Shown: in pieces, positions 29,400 through 39,637 of the stretch
Layout: every line of letters starts with the position of its first letter
Position numbering within the stretch: position 1 is the first letter of the stretch
Source of the DNA: Oscillospiraceae bacterium
Lineage (GTDB): Bacteria; Bacillota; Clostridia; Oscillospirales; Oscillospiraceae
Length of the DNA: 49,035 bases
Reading direction: 5' to 3'
Assembly: GCA_020025615.1 (NCBI GenBank)
Contig: JAHHRT010000001.1
Location: 1-49,035, forward strand
Notes under the pieces: model-generated
Told to the model about the DNA's origin: nothing
Seen by the model: only the letters and a program-made list of their open reading frames with translations
Database searches by the model: none
Made by a program: the position numbers and the translations under genes

Positions 29400-31254
29400 C
29401 ATTTCAGTAAAAAACCTGACAAAATTCTTCGTTATCGGAGAAAATCTCCTGGACGGTCTCTCTTTTGAGATTCAGGAAGGGGAGTGCGTTGCCATCCTGG
29501 GCCGGAACGGCTGCGGCAAAACCACCCTTTTTAAGATTCTCACCGGGGAGATGGACTACGACGACGGAGAAGTCTATATCAATCCCAATAAGAAGCTGGG
29601 CCTGATTTCTCAGATTCCCTATTTCCCGGAGGGATACACCGTGGAGGATGTGCTCCGCTCTGCCTACAGCGACATTACAGCCGTGAAGCGGAAGATGGAG
29701 AAGCTGGAAGCCGCCATGGCGGCAGGCGCCACAGAGCAGCAGCTGCGGGACTACGATGCCCTTTCCAACCGCTTCCAGTCCGGCGGCGGCTACGAAATGG
29801 ACGTGGAGGTAGACAAGATCTGCAACGGCCTTGCCATTACCCCACAGCAGCGGGTCCAGGAGTTTGACAGCCTTTCCGGCGGTGAGAAGACCCGGGTGAA
29901 CCTGGGCCGTCTGCTTCTGGAGAAGACGGATATTCTGCTTCTGGACGAGCCCACCAACCACCTGGACCTTCGGAGTGTGGAGTGGCTGGAAAGCTATATC
30001 AATGCCTTTAAGGGAACGGTGCTGGCGATTTCCCATGACCGTTACTTTATTGACCAGGTGGCAGACCGGGTGATCGAGATCTTCGAGGGCCGGGCGGAGT
30101 TCTACTCCGGCAACTACACCTACTACATGGACGAAAAGCAGGCCCGGTTTGATTTGCAGATGAAGCAGTACCAGCAGGAGCAGGCAAAGCTCAAGCAGCT
30201 GGGCTATACGGTGGAGCGAATGAAGGGCTGGGGTATTAACAACCGCACCCTTTACCGTCGGGCCATGTCCATCCAGCACCGAATGGAGCGCATTGAGAAG
30301 ACCAAGCGGCCCCAGAAGGAAAAAACCATGAAGGCCACCTTCGGAGAAAAAGACTTCTCCGGCGATGTGGTGTTCAAAATTAAAAATATGTCCAAGTCCT
30401 TTGATGACCGGACTCTGTTCTCTGACGTAAACCTCAACGTGGAGGGCGGCGAGCGAATTGCTTTGCTGGGCGACAACGGCACCGGAAAGTCCACCTTTAT
30501 CAAGTGCCTGCTGGGTGAGGAGGACTTTGGAGGCAAGATTCAGTTTGGCCCCACGGTGAAGTGGGGGTATCTGCCTCAGATTATCCACTTTGACCACCCG
30601 GAGCGGAGCCTTTACGACACCATGCTCTACGAAAAGAATTGCTCTCCCCAGGTGGCCCGGGATCGGCTGGGTGCCTTCCTGTTCCAGGGAGAGGACGTGT
30701 TCAAGAGCGTTGGCAACCTCTCCGGCGGTGAGCAGTCCCGGCTGCGGCTGTGTATGCTTATGGATGAGAAAATCAACCTTCTGATCCTGGACGAGCCTAC
30801 CAACCACTTGGATACCGCTTCCCGAGAGTGGGTGGAAGCTGCCATTGAGGAGTTTGAGGGAACCCTGCTGTTTGTCTCCCACGACCGTTACTTCATCGAG
30901 AAGTTTGCCGACCGGGTATGGCTTCTGGAGAATGGCGGGATTCGGGACTTCGCCTGCGGCTATCAGAAGTTCCGCTCCATTTTGGAGCATGAGGCCGCAG
31001 CAAAGCCCCAGGAGGTCCAGGCTCCCAAGCCCAAGAAGGAAAAGCCCCGGGGCGGCACCAAAGACCAGGATAAGCTGGTGCGCAAGCTGGAGCGGGAGAT
31101 TGAAAAGCAGGAGCAGGTCGTGGCGGAATATGATCCCAAAATCGAAGCAGCTGCCGCCGACTATCAGGAGCTCACCCGTCTCCTTGCAGAAAAAGAAGAG
31201 GCTGAAACCCTGCTCATGGAGCTGATGGAGCAGTGGGAGAGCGCCATGAGTTAA
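29392..31254 (+). CDS. ABC-F family ATPase (Uup/YdiF-like) with C-terminal coiled coil
   Basis: Two ABC domains (GRNGCGKTT, LSGGEK, LDEPTNHLD; GDNGTGKST, LSGGEQ), no TM segments. Confidence 0.92.
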   Translation: MVDISVKNLTKFFVIGENLLDGLSFEIQEGECVAILGRNGCGKTTLFKILTGEMDYDDGEVYINPNKKLGLISQIPYFPEGYTVEDVLRSAYSDITAVKRKMEKLEAAMAAGATEQQLRDYDALSNRFQSGGGYEMDVEVDKICNGLAITPQQRVQEFDSLSGGEKTRVNLGRLLLEKTDILLLDEPTNHLDLRSVEWLESYINAFKGTVLAISHDRYFIDQVADRVIEIFEGRAEFYSGNYTYYMDEKQARFDLQMKQYQQEQAKLKQLGYTVERMKGWGINNRTLYRRAMSIQHRMERIEKTKRPQKEKTMKATFGEKDFSGDVVFKIKNMSKSFDDRTLFSDVNLNVEGGERIALLGDNGTGKSTFIKCLLGEEDFGGKIQFGPTVKWGYLPQIIHFDHPERSLYDTMLYEKNCSPQVARDRLGAFLFQGEDVFKSVGNLSGGEQSRLRLCMLMDEKINLLILDEPTNHLDTASREWVEAAIEEFEGTLLFVSHDRYFIEKFADRVWLLENGGIRDFACGYQKFRSILEHEAAAKPQEVQAPKPKKEKPRGGTKDQDKLVRKLEREIEKQEQVVAEYDPKIEAAAADYQELTRLLAEKEEAETLLMELMEQWESAMS

Positions 31255-31269
31255 TCCGGGATTTTAAGG

Positions 31270-31298
31270 TTGACACATTCGACCAAAAGTTCTATAAT
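31270..31298 (+). promoter_or_regulatory. sigma-A promoter of mrp
   Basis: Perfect TTGACA-17-TATAAT. Confidence 0.8.
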
Positions 31299-31331
31299 AC
31301 ACGCAGATAAGTTTGAAGGAGCGAAGAAACC

Positions 31332-32159
31332 ATGAGTTCTTGTAATGGAAATTGTTCCAGCTGCTCTTCTTCCGATTGTTCCGATCGGAAGGCCGAGAGC
31401 CTGCTGGCTACTCTGAACCCCAAATCCACTGTTAAAAAAGTCATTGCCGTTGTCTCCGGCAAGGGCGGTGTCGGCAAGTCCACCGTCACCTCCATGCTGG
31501 CTGTCGCAATGAGCCGGGAAGGCAAGCGTGTCGGCGTTCTGGACGCGGATATTACCGGTCCTTCCGCACCCACTGCCTTCGGTGTCAGCGAGTGCCAGGG
31601 TGCAAACGAGGATGGCCTCTATCCCGCACTCACCGAGACCGGCATCCAGGTGATGTCCATCAACCTGCTTCTGGATAACCCCGACGATCCTGTTGTCTGG
31701 CGCGGCCCCGTGCTTGCCGGCGCTGTGAAGCAGTTCTGGACCGATGTTATCTGGGAGGACGTGGACTATATGTTCGTGGATATGCCTCCCGGAACCGGCG
31801 ATGTCCCTCTCACCGTGTTCCAGAGCCTGCCTGTTGACGGTATTGTCATTGTCACCAGCCCCCAGGACCTGGTGTCCATGATTGTGGCAAAGGCTGTGAA
31901 GATGGCAAACATGATGAAGATTCCCGTGCTGGGCTTCGTGGAGAACTATTCCTATCTCCAGTGCCCGGACTGCGGAAAGAAGATTCAGGTCTTTGGTGAG
32001 AGCCACCTGGACGAGATTGCAGCGCAGTTCAATCTGCCCGTTCTGGCCCGTCTGCCTATCGATCCCAATGTTGCTGCCTGCTATGACAGCGGCAAGATGG
32101 AGACTGTGAACACCGATGCTGTGGCAGGCGTGATTGAAGCGGTTAAGAACGCCCAATAA
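31332..32159 (+). CDS. mrp: Mrp/NBP35 (ApbC) Fe-S cluster carrier ATPase
   Basis: N-terminal Cys cluster, SGKGGVGKST, DADITGPS, VDMPPGTGD, CPDC. Confidence 0.92.
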   Translation: MSSCNGNCSSCSSSDCSDRKAESLLATLNPKSTVKKVIAVVSGKGGVGKSTVTSMLAVAMSREGKRVGVLDADITGPSAPTAFGVSECQGANEDGLYPALTETGIQVMSINLLLDNPDDPVVWRGPVLAGAVKQFWTDVIWEDVDYMFVDMPPGTGDVPLTVFQSLPVDGIVIVTSPQDLVSMIVAKAVKMANMMKIPVLGFVENYSYLQCPDCGKKIQVFGESHLDEIAAQFNLPVLARLPIDPNVAACYDSGKMETVNTDAVAGVIEAVKNAQ

Positions 32160-32470
32160 TAGTTTCAAAAAAGACTGTTAAAAAGTAAGCACATCCCCGT
32201 GGACGGAAAGGAAGATTGTGCGAAGGAAACCCATCAGGGGCGCCTTTCACATTCCATCAACCGACTTTTTCAGAAAAAAGTTCTGAAAAGACGCCCCGGC
32301 GGGGAGAAAAGACTTTTCCGACACGCTGAGACTGCCGCAGTCCATAATGGACTGCGGCAGATTTTATTTTTCCGGAGCAGAAGCCGGGGAAGAGAGTTTA
32401 CCGAAGGGATTGCAGATACCGGGAAGTCCCCATTTGCCACCCCTTGAGAAAACTGTAAAGGAAGGTCATC

Positions 32471-35248
32471 ATGTCCATTTTTCAAATGTTATATAAGTTA
32501 CTGATTGGACCGTTGGAGCTGCTGTTTGAGGTGATTTTCTCGGTGGCAAACGGTTTTGTTCAGAATCCGGGTTTTGCCATTGTTTTCCTGAGCCTTGCCA
32601 TGAACTTCCTGGTGCTGCCCCTTTACAAGCGGGCCGATGCCATGCAGGAGGAGCAGCGGCAGACAGAGGAAAAGCTGCGCCATTGGACCAGCCATATCAA
32701 AAAAACATTCCAGGGCGACGAGCGGTATATGATTATGCAGACCTACTACCGCCAGAACCACTATAAGCCCACGGATGCCCTGAAGGGAACTACTTCTCTG
32801 CTGTTGGAAATTCCGTTCTTTATGGCAGCCTATAATTTCCTGTCCGGTCTGCGGCTGCTGGATGGCATTTCCTTCGGTCCAATCCAAAATTTGGGTGCCC
32901 CGGATGCCATGCTGATGATTGCGGGAGTGGGCATCAACATTCTGCCCATTGCCATGACGGTCATCAATCTGATTTCCGGTGCTATTTACACCAAGGGAAT
33001 GTCCTTGAGAAGTAAAATCCAGCTTTATGGCATGGCCCTGATTTTCCTGGTGCTGCTCTATGATTCCCCCTCGGGCCTGGTGTTCTACTGGACCCTGAAC
33101 AATCTGTTCTCCCTCTGTAAGAACATTTTTATGAAGCTCAAGAACCCCAAAAAGGTTCTGGGTTTCCTGTTTTCTTTTGTTGGCCTCCTGGGCCTGGGAT
33201 ACGTTCTGCTGGTTCATCCCATGGCGAGCCGCCGTGCACAGGTCATGACCATTGGGGCCCTGTTGTGCCTGCAGCTGCCTCTGGCGGCGGTTTTCGCTTC
33301 GGAACACCGCAAGCCCCAGCCGGAGCCTCAAATCACCGGGAAGGACTATGCGGGCTTCTTCCTGGGCGGTATGTTCCTTACGGTGCTTACCGGTCTGCTG
33401 ATTCCGTCCGGGGTGATTAAGACCTCTCCCGAGGAATTTATTCGGGGGGCCACGGCTTCCAACCCGCTGATGTATGTGGGCAGTGCCTTCCTGCTGGCTG
33501 CGGGTACCTTCCTGGTGTGGTTCGGCATTTTTTATCTGCTGGCAAATCCCAGCGGTAAAAAGATTATGGGCCTGGCTGTCTGGATTTTCTCCGGCGTGGC
33601 CCTGGTGGACTATATGTTCTTCGGGACGGATTACGGCAATCTTTCCTTTACCCTCAAATATGATGTATTCCCTGTGTTTTCCGCCAAAGCCCAGCTGCTG
33701 AATCTGCTGGTGATTTTGGCAGCTGCGGCAGTGCTGTTTTTCATTTGGAGGAAAAGAGAGCAGCTGGCCCGGGCGGTCTATTTGACTGCGGGCCTTGCGT
33801 TGGTGGTCATGTCTGTTCACAATCTCTATACCGCCAATTCTGTGCTTTCCCAGATTGTCAGCAGCGGTGCCGCTTGCGACGAGGAGGAACCCAGCCTGCC
33901 CCTCAGCAAAGACGGCGAAAACGTGGTGGTCCTGATGATGGACCGTGCCATCTCCGCATATCTGCCCTACCTGTTCCAGGAGAACCCGGTGCTCCAGGAG
34001 CAGTTTGCGGGATTTACCTATTATCCCAACACAGTTTCTTTCGGCCCCTATACCAATATGGGAATTCCGGCACTCTTCGGCGGCTATGAATACACTCCCG
34101 AGGAGATGAACCGCCGGAATCAGGAGCGGCTGGTGGATAAGCACAATGAAGCCCTCAAAGTCATGCCGGTGCTGTTTGACCAGGCGGGCTATACCGTTAC
34201 CGTCTGCGACCCCAGCTATGCGGGCTACCACTTCGTCCCAGACCTCCATATCTATGATGACTATCCCGATATCCGCACCTTCAATATCGAGCGGCGGTAC
34301 GGCCCTGTGGCCTTTGAGGCCGATGGAAAAGCCAGCTATAATCTGGAACGAAACTTCTTCTGCTACAGCCTCTTCAAAATTGCCCCTGTGACATTGCAGC
34401 CTGTGCTCTACGCCCGGGGCACCTACAATGAAGCAGATGTACTCTTTGCGAATAATGCCGACCCTATGTACACAGGACAAATCCAGGAGGGAATGTCCAA
34501 GGCCTACGGTCTGGATGAGAACTATGCAGCCTTCCATGCCATGCTGGAAAAGCTGCCGGAGCTTACCCAGATTCAGGATTCTGAGGAGAACACCTTCCTG
34601 ATGATGACGAACTCCACCACCCACGACCCGGTGCTGCTGAAGGTGCCGGAATACGAGCCTGCTATGGTTGTGGATAATACGGAGTACGACGCAGCACACA
34701 TGGAGCGTTTTACCTGCAACGGGGTAACCTTGAGAATGGAAAATGCAGAGCAGATGATGCACTACCAGATCAATATGGCTGCCATGATCCAGGTGGGCCA
34801 CTGGCTGGACTATCTTCGGGAAATGGGCGTTTATGACAACACCCGAATCATCATCGCAGCGGACCATGGCTTCCGCCTGGGGCAGCTGGATGCCCTGAAT
34901 ACCCCTGGCCCGGATGGCCTGGATCTTATGTTCTTTAACCCGCTGCTCATGGTGAAGGACTTTAACAGCAATGAGTTTACCACGAGTCAGACCTTCATGA
35001 CCAATGCGGATGTGCCGACATTGGCGATGGATGGACAGATTGCAAACCCGGTGAATCCCTTTACCGGCAAACCTATCAATAGTGAGCCTAAGTTTGCACC
35101 GGAGCTGCATCTCTTCTTGTCCACGGAATCCAACGTTGCAGAGAACAACGGAAAGACCTTCCTGCCTGGCAGATGGATTGGTTTCCACGGAAACCTTTAT
35201 GATGAAAACAACTGGCGCAATATAGAAGATCCCAATGGAAATTCCTGA
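32471..35248 (+). CDS. YidC/Oxa1-like membrane domain fused to an alkaline-phosphatase/sulfatase-superfamily (LtaS/EptA-like) domain, 925 aa
   Basis: N-terminus has FLVLPLY, LLEIPFF and SGLVFYWTLNNLFS (YidC core); multi-TM middle; C-terminus has VVVLMMD, YPNTVSFGPYT, TTHDP and IIIAADHG. Confidence 0.82.
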   Translation: MSIFQMLYKLLIGPLELLFEVIFSVANGFVQNPGFAIVFLSLAMNFLVLPLYKRADAMQEEQRQTEEKLRHWTSHIKKTFQGDERYMIMQTYYRQNHYKPTDALKGTTSLLLEIPFFMAAYNFLSGLRLLDGISFGPIQNLGAPDAMLMIAGVGINILPIAMTVINLISGAIYTKGMSLRSKIQLYGMALIFLVLLYDSPSGLVFYWTLNNLFSLCKNIFMKLKNPKKVLGFLFSFVGLLGLGYVLLVHPMASRRAQVMTIGALLCLQLPLAAVFASEHRKPQPEPQITGKDYAGFFLGGMFLTVLTGLLIPSGVIKTSPEEFIRGATASNPLMYVGSAFLLAAGTFLVWFGIFYLLANPSGKKIMGLAVWIFSGVALVDYMFFGTDYGNLSFTLKYDVFPVFSAKAQLLNLLVILAAAAVLFFIWRKREQLARAVYLTAGLALVVMSVHNLYTANSVLSQIVSSGAACDEEEPSLPLSKDGENVVVLMMDRAISAYLPYLFQENPVLQEQFAGFTYYPNTVSFGPYTNMGIPALFGGYEYTPEEMNRRNQERLVDKHNEALKVMPVLFDQAGYTVTVCDPSYAGYHFVPDLHIYDDYPDIRTFNIERRYGPVAFEADGKASYNLERNFFCYSLFKIAPVTLQPVLYARGTYNEADVLFANNADPMYTGQIQEGMSKAYGLDENYAAFHAMLEKLPELTQIQDSEENTFLMMTNSTTHDPVLLKVPEYEPAMVVDNTEYDAAHMERFTCNGVTLRMENAEQMMHYQINMAAMIQVGHWLDYLREMGVYDNTRIIIAADHGFRLGQLDALNTPGPDGLDLMFFNPLLMVKDFNSNEFTTSQTFMTNADVPTLAMDGQIANPVNPFTGKPINSEPKFAPELHLFLSTESNVAENNGKTFLPGRWIGFHGNLYDENNWRNIEDPNGNS

Positions 35249-35268
35249 GCGACTGACGATGGATGAAA

Positions 35269-35308
35269 AAAGCCGGGGCTGTATCCCAAGAGATACAGCT
35301 CCGGCTTT
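35269..35308 (+). terminator. terminator after the YidC-fusion gene
   Basis: AAAGCCGGGGCTGTATC/GATACAGCTCCGGCTTT stem. Confidence 0.75.
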
Positions 35309-35482
35309 CGTATGATATGCAAGTAGCTGCAAATGCCACGGAAGGCTCTGAACGCGGCTTCTGGACGGATATTTGCGACTTGCTGTAATTTCTTATATGG
35401 ACGAGAAAGACACAGCAGAAGAACTCTGTGAGCGTCTCAGAAAAATGAAGGCTCTGCCTAAGGGCAGAGCCTCTGATCTGTA

Positions 35483-36301
35483 TTAAAGCGTGTGCCCCAG
35501 CAGATACCAGAGCACCAGCACCATACCCACAGCGGGAAGATACCCAATGAGGGAGGTTTCGGAAATACTGATTGCAAAGAATCCAAAATGCTCAATCAGC
35601 AGGAACAGGGCGCACAGAAGCACAGTTGTGAATACCGCCTTCGTGAGCTGCTTGCCGATGGCATTGGAGAAGAAAAACGCATAGATGCCGCCGAAAATGG
35701 GGTTGATGGCTGTAAGTACCAGGCCCAGAAGAACATTCAGAACACCGACCAGCAGCATGGCGATCAGCACGCCCAGAAGAATCATGGGAGCATAGTCCAC
35801 CAGCACATCCGGCAGGAAGGTGTTAAATGCCCAGTTTGCCACCAGGTAAAGTCCCATGGACAGTACGACTGTGACGAAACGGTAGAGAAACCAGTCAAGC
35901 ACATTGCCGCCCTGCGGGATAAAGGTATCCAGAAGATTCACCAGGAACGCCAGAATCAGCAGAGGTAAAATGCGGGCGCAGAGCAGAGGAATCGGAGTCC
36001 CCTGAAAAGGCTGAAAAACCAGCATATCTTCTGTCAGAGTGACACAGGGCAGGGGAGAGAGAAAATCCTCCAGATTCCAGGGGCGGAAGGTGTAGATAGC
36101 AATGGTAGTAATGTAGATAAACAGAATCGCCATTGCGGAAGATACAGAGTGATTGAGACTGGAACGCTTTCCCAGAAACACTCGCCCCAGAACGCCCAAA
36201 ATCAGCAGTCCCAGGATAAACAGGGACAGATAAGGGAGCAGCTCACGCAGTTGGGCCTGAAAGGGAATCTGAGAGATTAGCTCAGTTAGAATCGCATTCA
36301 T
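35483..36301 (-). CDS. hypothetical polytopic membrane protein
   Basis: About 272 aa, multiple hydrophobic helices, GAAAGG RBS. Confidence 0.75.
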   Translation of the reverse strand: MNAILTELISQIPFQAQLRELLPYLSLFILGLLILGVLGRVFLGKRSSLNHSVSSAMAILFIYITTIAIYTFRPWNLEDFLSPLPCVTLTEDMLVFQPFQGTPIPLLCARILPLLILAFLVNLLDTFIPQGGNVLDWFLYRFVTVVLSMGLYLVANWAFNTFLPDVLVDYAPMILLGVLIAMLLVGVLNVLLGLVLTAINPIFGGIYAFFFSNAIGKQLTKAVFTTVLLCALFLLIEHFGFFAISISETSLIGYLPAVGMVLVLWYLLGHTL

Positions 36302-36338
36302 AGAAGTACCTTTCAATGAATCCCCTTTGGGGAAATGG

Positions 36339-36367
36339 AAAAGCCGCCGCCAAAAATGGCGGCGGCT
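36339..36367 (-). terminator. terminator of rplJL
   Basis: AGCCGCCGCCA/TGGCGGCGGCT stem plus T-run on the minus strand. Confidence 0.8.
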
Positions 36368-36391
36368 AGAAAATGCTGTAGTAAGATTAAA

Positions 36392-36766
36392 TTACTTAAT
36401 CTCAGCCTCAGCGCCAGCTTCCTTCAGCTCAGCGACCAGCTTCTCAGCGTCTTCCTTGGAGATAGCTTCCTTCAGGGTCTTGGGGCAGTTGTCAACCAGA
36501 TCCTTAGCGTCCTTCAGGCCCAGGCCGGTAGCAGCACGGACAACCTTGATAACGCCCAGCTTGGAAGCGCCGGCGCTCTTCAGGATAACGTCGAACTCGG
36601 TCTTCTCCTCAGCAGCCTCAGCAGCGCCAGCAGCGGGTGCAGCGACAGCAGCAGCAGCGGCGGAAACGCCGAAAACATCCTCCAGAGTGTGAACCAGCTC
36701 GGACAGCTCCAGAACGGTCAGGCTCTTGACTTCCTCAACGAGAGCAGTGATCTTTTCACTAGCCAT
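36392..36766 (-). CDS. rplL: 50S ribosomal protein L7/L12
   Basis: [32 protein letters not shown]. Confidence 0.98.
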   Translation of the reverse strand: MASEKITALVEEVKSLTVLELSELVHTLEDVFGVSAAAAAVAAPAAGAAEAAEEKTEFDVILKSAGASKLGVIKVVRAATGLGLKDAKDLVDNCPKTLKEAISKEDAEKLVAELKEAGAEAEIK

Positions 36767-36822
36767 GGTAATAATCCTCCTAATAGTTAAAAAGTAAGTG
36801 GGGTTGTGGTTTTACGAACAGA

Positions 36823-37347
36823 TTAGGCTTCTGCTTCTGCAGGAGCGCCGCCGTCCTTCTGCATCCGGATCTGATCCAGGACGAAGGCCAGGCTGGAGAT
36901 AGGAGCCAGGAAGGTACCCAGGACAGATGCAACCAGAGCATTCTTGCTGGGCAGCTCGCCGAAGCCGTTGAGCTCAGCAACGGACAGGACGGAACCCTCA
37001 ACAATACCACCCTTGATGGCGATCTTGCAGGTCTTGTTCTTCTTGGCAAACTCGCAAACGATACGAGCAGGGGCGATGGGGTCGCCGGTGGTGGAAGCCA
37101 TAGCGGTAGTGCCGTGCAGAACCTCACCGAAATCATAACCAGCGTTCTTGCTGGCGAAATTGGTCAGAGTGTTCTTAACAACGGAGTACTCAACACCGGC
37201 CTCACGGAACTGCTTACGCAGCTCGGTATCCTGAGCGACAGTGATGCCCTTGTAGTCAACAAAGACTACGGAAGTAGCGTTCTGGATTTTACCAGTCAGC
37301 TCTTCGACAACTGCCTTCTTGCTCTCAAGAACCTTAGCGTTAGGCAT
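36823..37347 (-). CDS. rplJ: 50S ribosomal protein L10
   Basis: VDYKGITVAQDTELRK, VVKNTL; ATG after GGAGGTG. Confidence 0.96.
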   Translation of the reverse strand: MPNAKVLESKKAVVEELTGKIQNATSVVFVDYKGITVAQDTELRKQFREAGVEYSVVKNTLTNFASKNAGYDFGEVLHGTTAMASTTGDPIAPARIVCEFAKKNKTCKIAIKGGIVEGSVLSVAELNGFGELPSKNALVASVLGTFLAPISSLAFVLDQIRMQKDGGAPAEAEA

Positions 37348-37367
37348 AATTTTCACCTCCGAAAAAT

Positions 37368-37468
37368 AAAAAATGTCTTCCTGCCAGAAGACAGAAAGAC
37401 ACGCAGAAAAATCATATCAGCGCACCTCGGCAGGTCTTAATGTTTAACACAGCCTGCTGTCTTTGGCA
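37368..37468 (-). promoter_or_regulatory. L10 leader (autogenous control RNA)
   Basis: CCAAAGACAGCAGG...CCTGCCGAGG motif followed by a hairpin and T-run; own promoter TTGACA-17-TATTAT at 37505-37477. Confidence 0.82.
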
Positions 37469-37717
37469 ACTCCTAGATAATACCACAGGAAGTCTATTTT
37501 GTCAACCTCTTTTTGCAAAATTTTTCTCGACTTCGAATTTACAATGGCTCAGCTGTCAGAATATACAGCAGGGGAGTTCTATTTGTCTGAAAAAGGGAAT
37601 ATAGAAAGGGCTTTGATATCCGCCAGTGTGATTATAAAAGTTTAGCGAAGCTCTCCTATGTAGTTGACTTAAAGGAATGACACATGATAAAATAGGCAAA
37701 AGGTTGGTGAGAATCTC

Positions 37718-38704
37718 ATGCAGGCAGATAAATTCAGAAAAAAGAAGCAGATCTTTCATATCCTGAACATAATAATTACTTTGAGCATTATCGCTCTTTC
37801 GGGGCTGAGTATTTACATTGCCTACCAGGCAAAGAATGACAAAAGCGGTACGTTGTTCGGCATCCTGAGCTGCGTTTTCGGCGGGATGGCTCTTATTTTA
37901 GGTGCGCTTCTGCCCTCAAAAGAAAAGAATGTATATTTGTCAGACGGTACAAAGAAAACGCTGGTTGCTCTAAACGTCCTTTTAAACAACTCCTGCCCAT
38001 CTTCTTCCATTATGGGGAAAAATCAGCTGTACCGTTCCTGGAACTATACGGGAATGGTAATACTCAGCATATTTATGATTATCTTCAATGTATTCGCTGC
38101 TTGGCTTGCGGTTATTAACGAATATTCCGCCGCACCATGTATCGGCCTGGTTGTTTTCTGGCTGCTTCTGGATGTGGGGGCCGGATTCTGGACATACTAT
38201 GATGCTGTCTGTACCGGCTTTGACGAAGAATGTGGTATATCTCCCATAGAGTGCGGGAAAAAGGCCATCCGCGGCATTGCCAAAAGCACGCTGATTATCT
38301 TTGTGATTTTAGGTTCCGCATCGATTATCTCTTATTTCACAACCGAAGCGCAGCATAAACCTGCGGTAGATATGAGCAAAATCCATAAAGAGATTGACGA
38401 AGCGATGGATCAACTCAATCAGCTGGATGCTGACGACTTTTTCGAGCACGAGGAATATGACAGCGTAAGCAATGCGGTTCTTAGTCTGAAAGGAATCTAC
38501 GGCGATACCAAGTATTACTATATGCTGCGGTATACTGACTCCAATGGGCTTAACATCATTTCATGGACGGATGAATCCGATAAAATTTACGTGGACAGCT
38601 ATGAATGTAATGAGGACGGCAGCGTGGTGAATAGACTATCCTTCGCTTCCAGCACCATTACAAAAGCCGACGTTGAGGGAAAGCAGGACGGAGTTGTAGA
38701 GTAA
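37718..38704 (+). CDS. hypothetical membrane protein (about 5 TM plus acidic soluble C-terminal domain)
   Basis: 328-aa ORF, AT-richer than its neighbours, opposite strand to the flanking r-protein genes. Confidence 0.75.
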   Translation: MQADKFRKKKQIFHILNIIITLSIIALSGLSIYIAYQAKNDKSGTLFGILSCVFGGMALILGALLPSKEKNVYLSDGTKKTLVALNVLLNNSCPSSSIMGKNQLYRSWNYTGMVILSIFMIIFNVFAAWLAVINEYSAAPCIGLVVFWLLLDVGAGFWTYYDAVCTGFDEECGISPIECGKKAIRGIAKSTLIIFVILGSASIISYFTTEAQHKPAVDMSKIHKEIDEAMDQLNQLDADDFFEHEEYDSVSNAVLSLKGIYGDTKYYYMLRYTDSNGLNIISWTDESDKIYVDSYECNEDGSVVNRLSFASSTITKADVEGKQDGVVE

Positions 38705-38820
38705 ATTTCCGAAAGGCGAAAAGGACCTGCTGAAAAAAAGCTCACAAAAAGGCGGATAAGCATCTCTGCAAAGAGTTGATTACCCGCCTTTATTTACGTT
38801 AAACTCTTATGATAGACCCG

Positions 38821-38856
38821 AAAAAATCCCCGAAAGCAATGCTTTCGGGGATTTTG
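38821..38856 (-). terminator. terminator of rplKA
   Basis: AAAATCCCCGAAAGCA/TGCTTTCGGGGATTTT perfect stem. Confidence 0.85.
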
Positions 38857-38868
38857 CAATCATATCAA

Positions 38869-39561
38869 TTACAGATACTTAGCAGTGGAGACCTTGACGC
38901 CGGGGCCCATGGTGGAAGCGACGGTGCAGGACTTGATATACTGGCCCTTAGCAGCTGCGGGCTTAGCCTTAACAACAGCAGAAACCAGAGTATCCATGTT
39001 CTGGGTCAGCTTCTCAGTGCCGAAGGAAACCTTGCCGATGGGGCAGTGGATGATGTTGGTCTTGTCCAGACGGTACTCGACCTTACCAGCCTTAATTTCC
39101 TTGACAGCAGCAGCGACGTTGGGGGTCACGGTGCCAGCCTTGGGGGAGGGCATCAGACCCTTGGGGCCCAGAACCTTACCAAGACGGCCAACAATGCCCA
39201 TCATGTCGGGGGAAGCAACGACGACATCGAAGTCAAACCAGTTTTCCTTGGTGATCTTCTCAACCAGCTCCATGCCGCCGACATAGTCAGCGCCAGCAGC
39301 CTTAGCCTCGTCGAGCTTTGCGTCCTTAGCGAACACCAGGACCTTGCGGGTCTTGCCGGTGCCGTTGGGCAGAACGACAGCGCCGCGGACCTGCTGGTCA
39401 GCGTGACGGGAGTCGACACCCAGCTTGATGTGCAGCTCGACGGTCTCGTCGAACTTAGCGGAAGCGCCCTTCACAACCAGATCCAGGGCTTCGTTGGGAT
39501 CATACTGAACGGAGCGGTCAATCAGCTTGGCGCTCTCCTGGTACTTTTTACCTCTAAACAA
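38869..39561 (-). CDS. rplA: 50S ribosomal protein L1
   Basis: [43 protein letters not shown] start after AGGAGG. Confidence 0.97.
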   Translation of the reverse strand: MFRGKKYQESAKLIDRSVQYDPNEALDLVVKGASAKFDETVELHIKLGVDSRHADQQVRGAVVLPNGTGKTRKVLVFAKDAKLDEAKAAGADYVGGMELVEKITKENWFDFDVVVASPDMMGIVGRLGKVLGPKGLMPSPKAGTVTPNVAAAVKEIKAGKVEYRLDKTNIIHCPIGKVSFGTEKLTQNMDTLVSAVVKAKPAAAKGQYIKSCTVASTMGPGVKVSTAKYL

Positions 39562-39580
39562 TGTAATTTTCCTCCTTATA

Positions 39581-39606
39581 GTGGTGATGCGGAAAAATCC
39601 TCCCAC
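39581..39606 (-). promoter_or_regulatory. L1-binding leader site before rplA
   Basis: GTGGGAG...ACCAC stem next to the RBS. Confidence 0.6.
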
Positions 39607-39637
39607 ATTTCCGGCAGAACAGCCGGATTAGCAAATA

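Noticed and set aside
29392..31254. Antibiotic-resistance (ARE) ABC-F call
   Set aside because: The gene sits in a housekeeping operon (comEC-holA-rnmV) with no attenuator leader; the subfamily cannot be assigned without HMMs.
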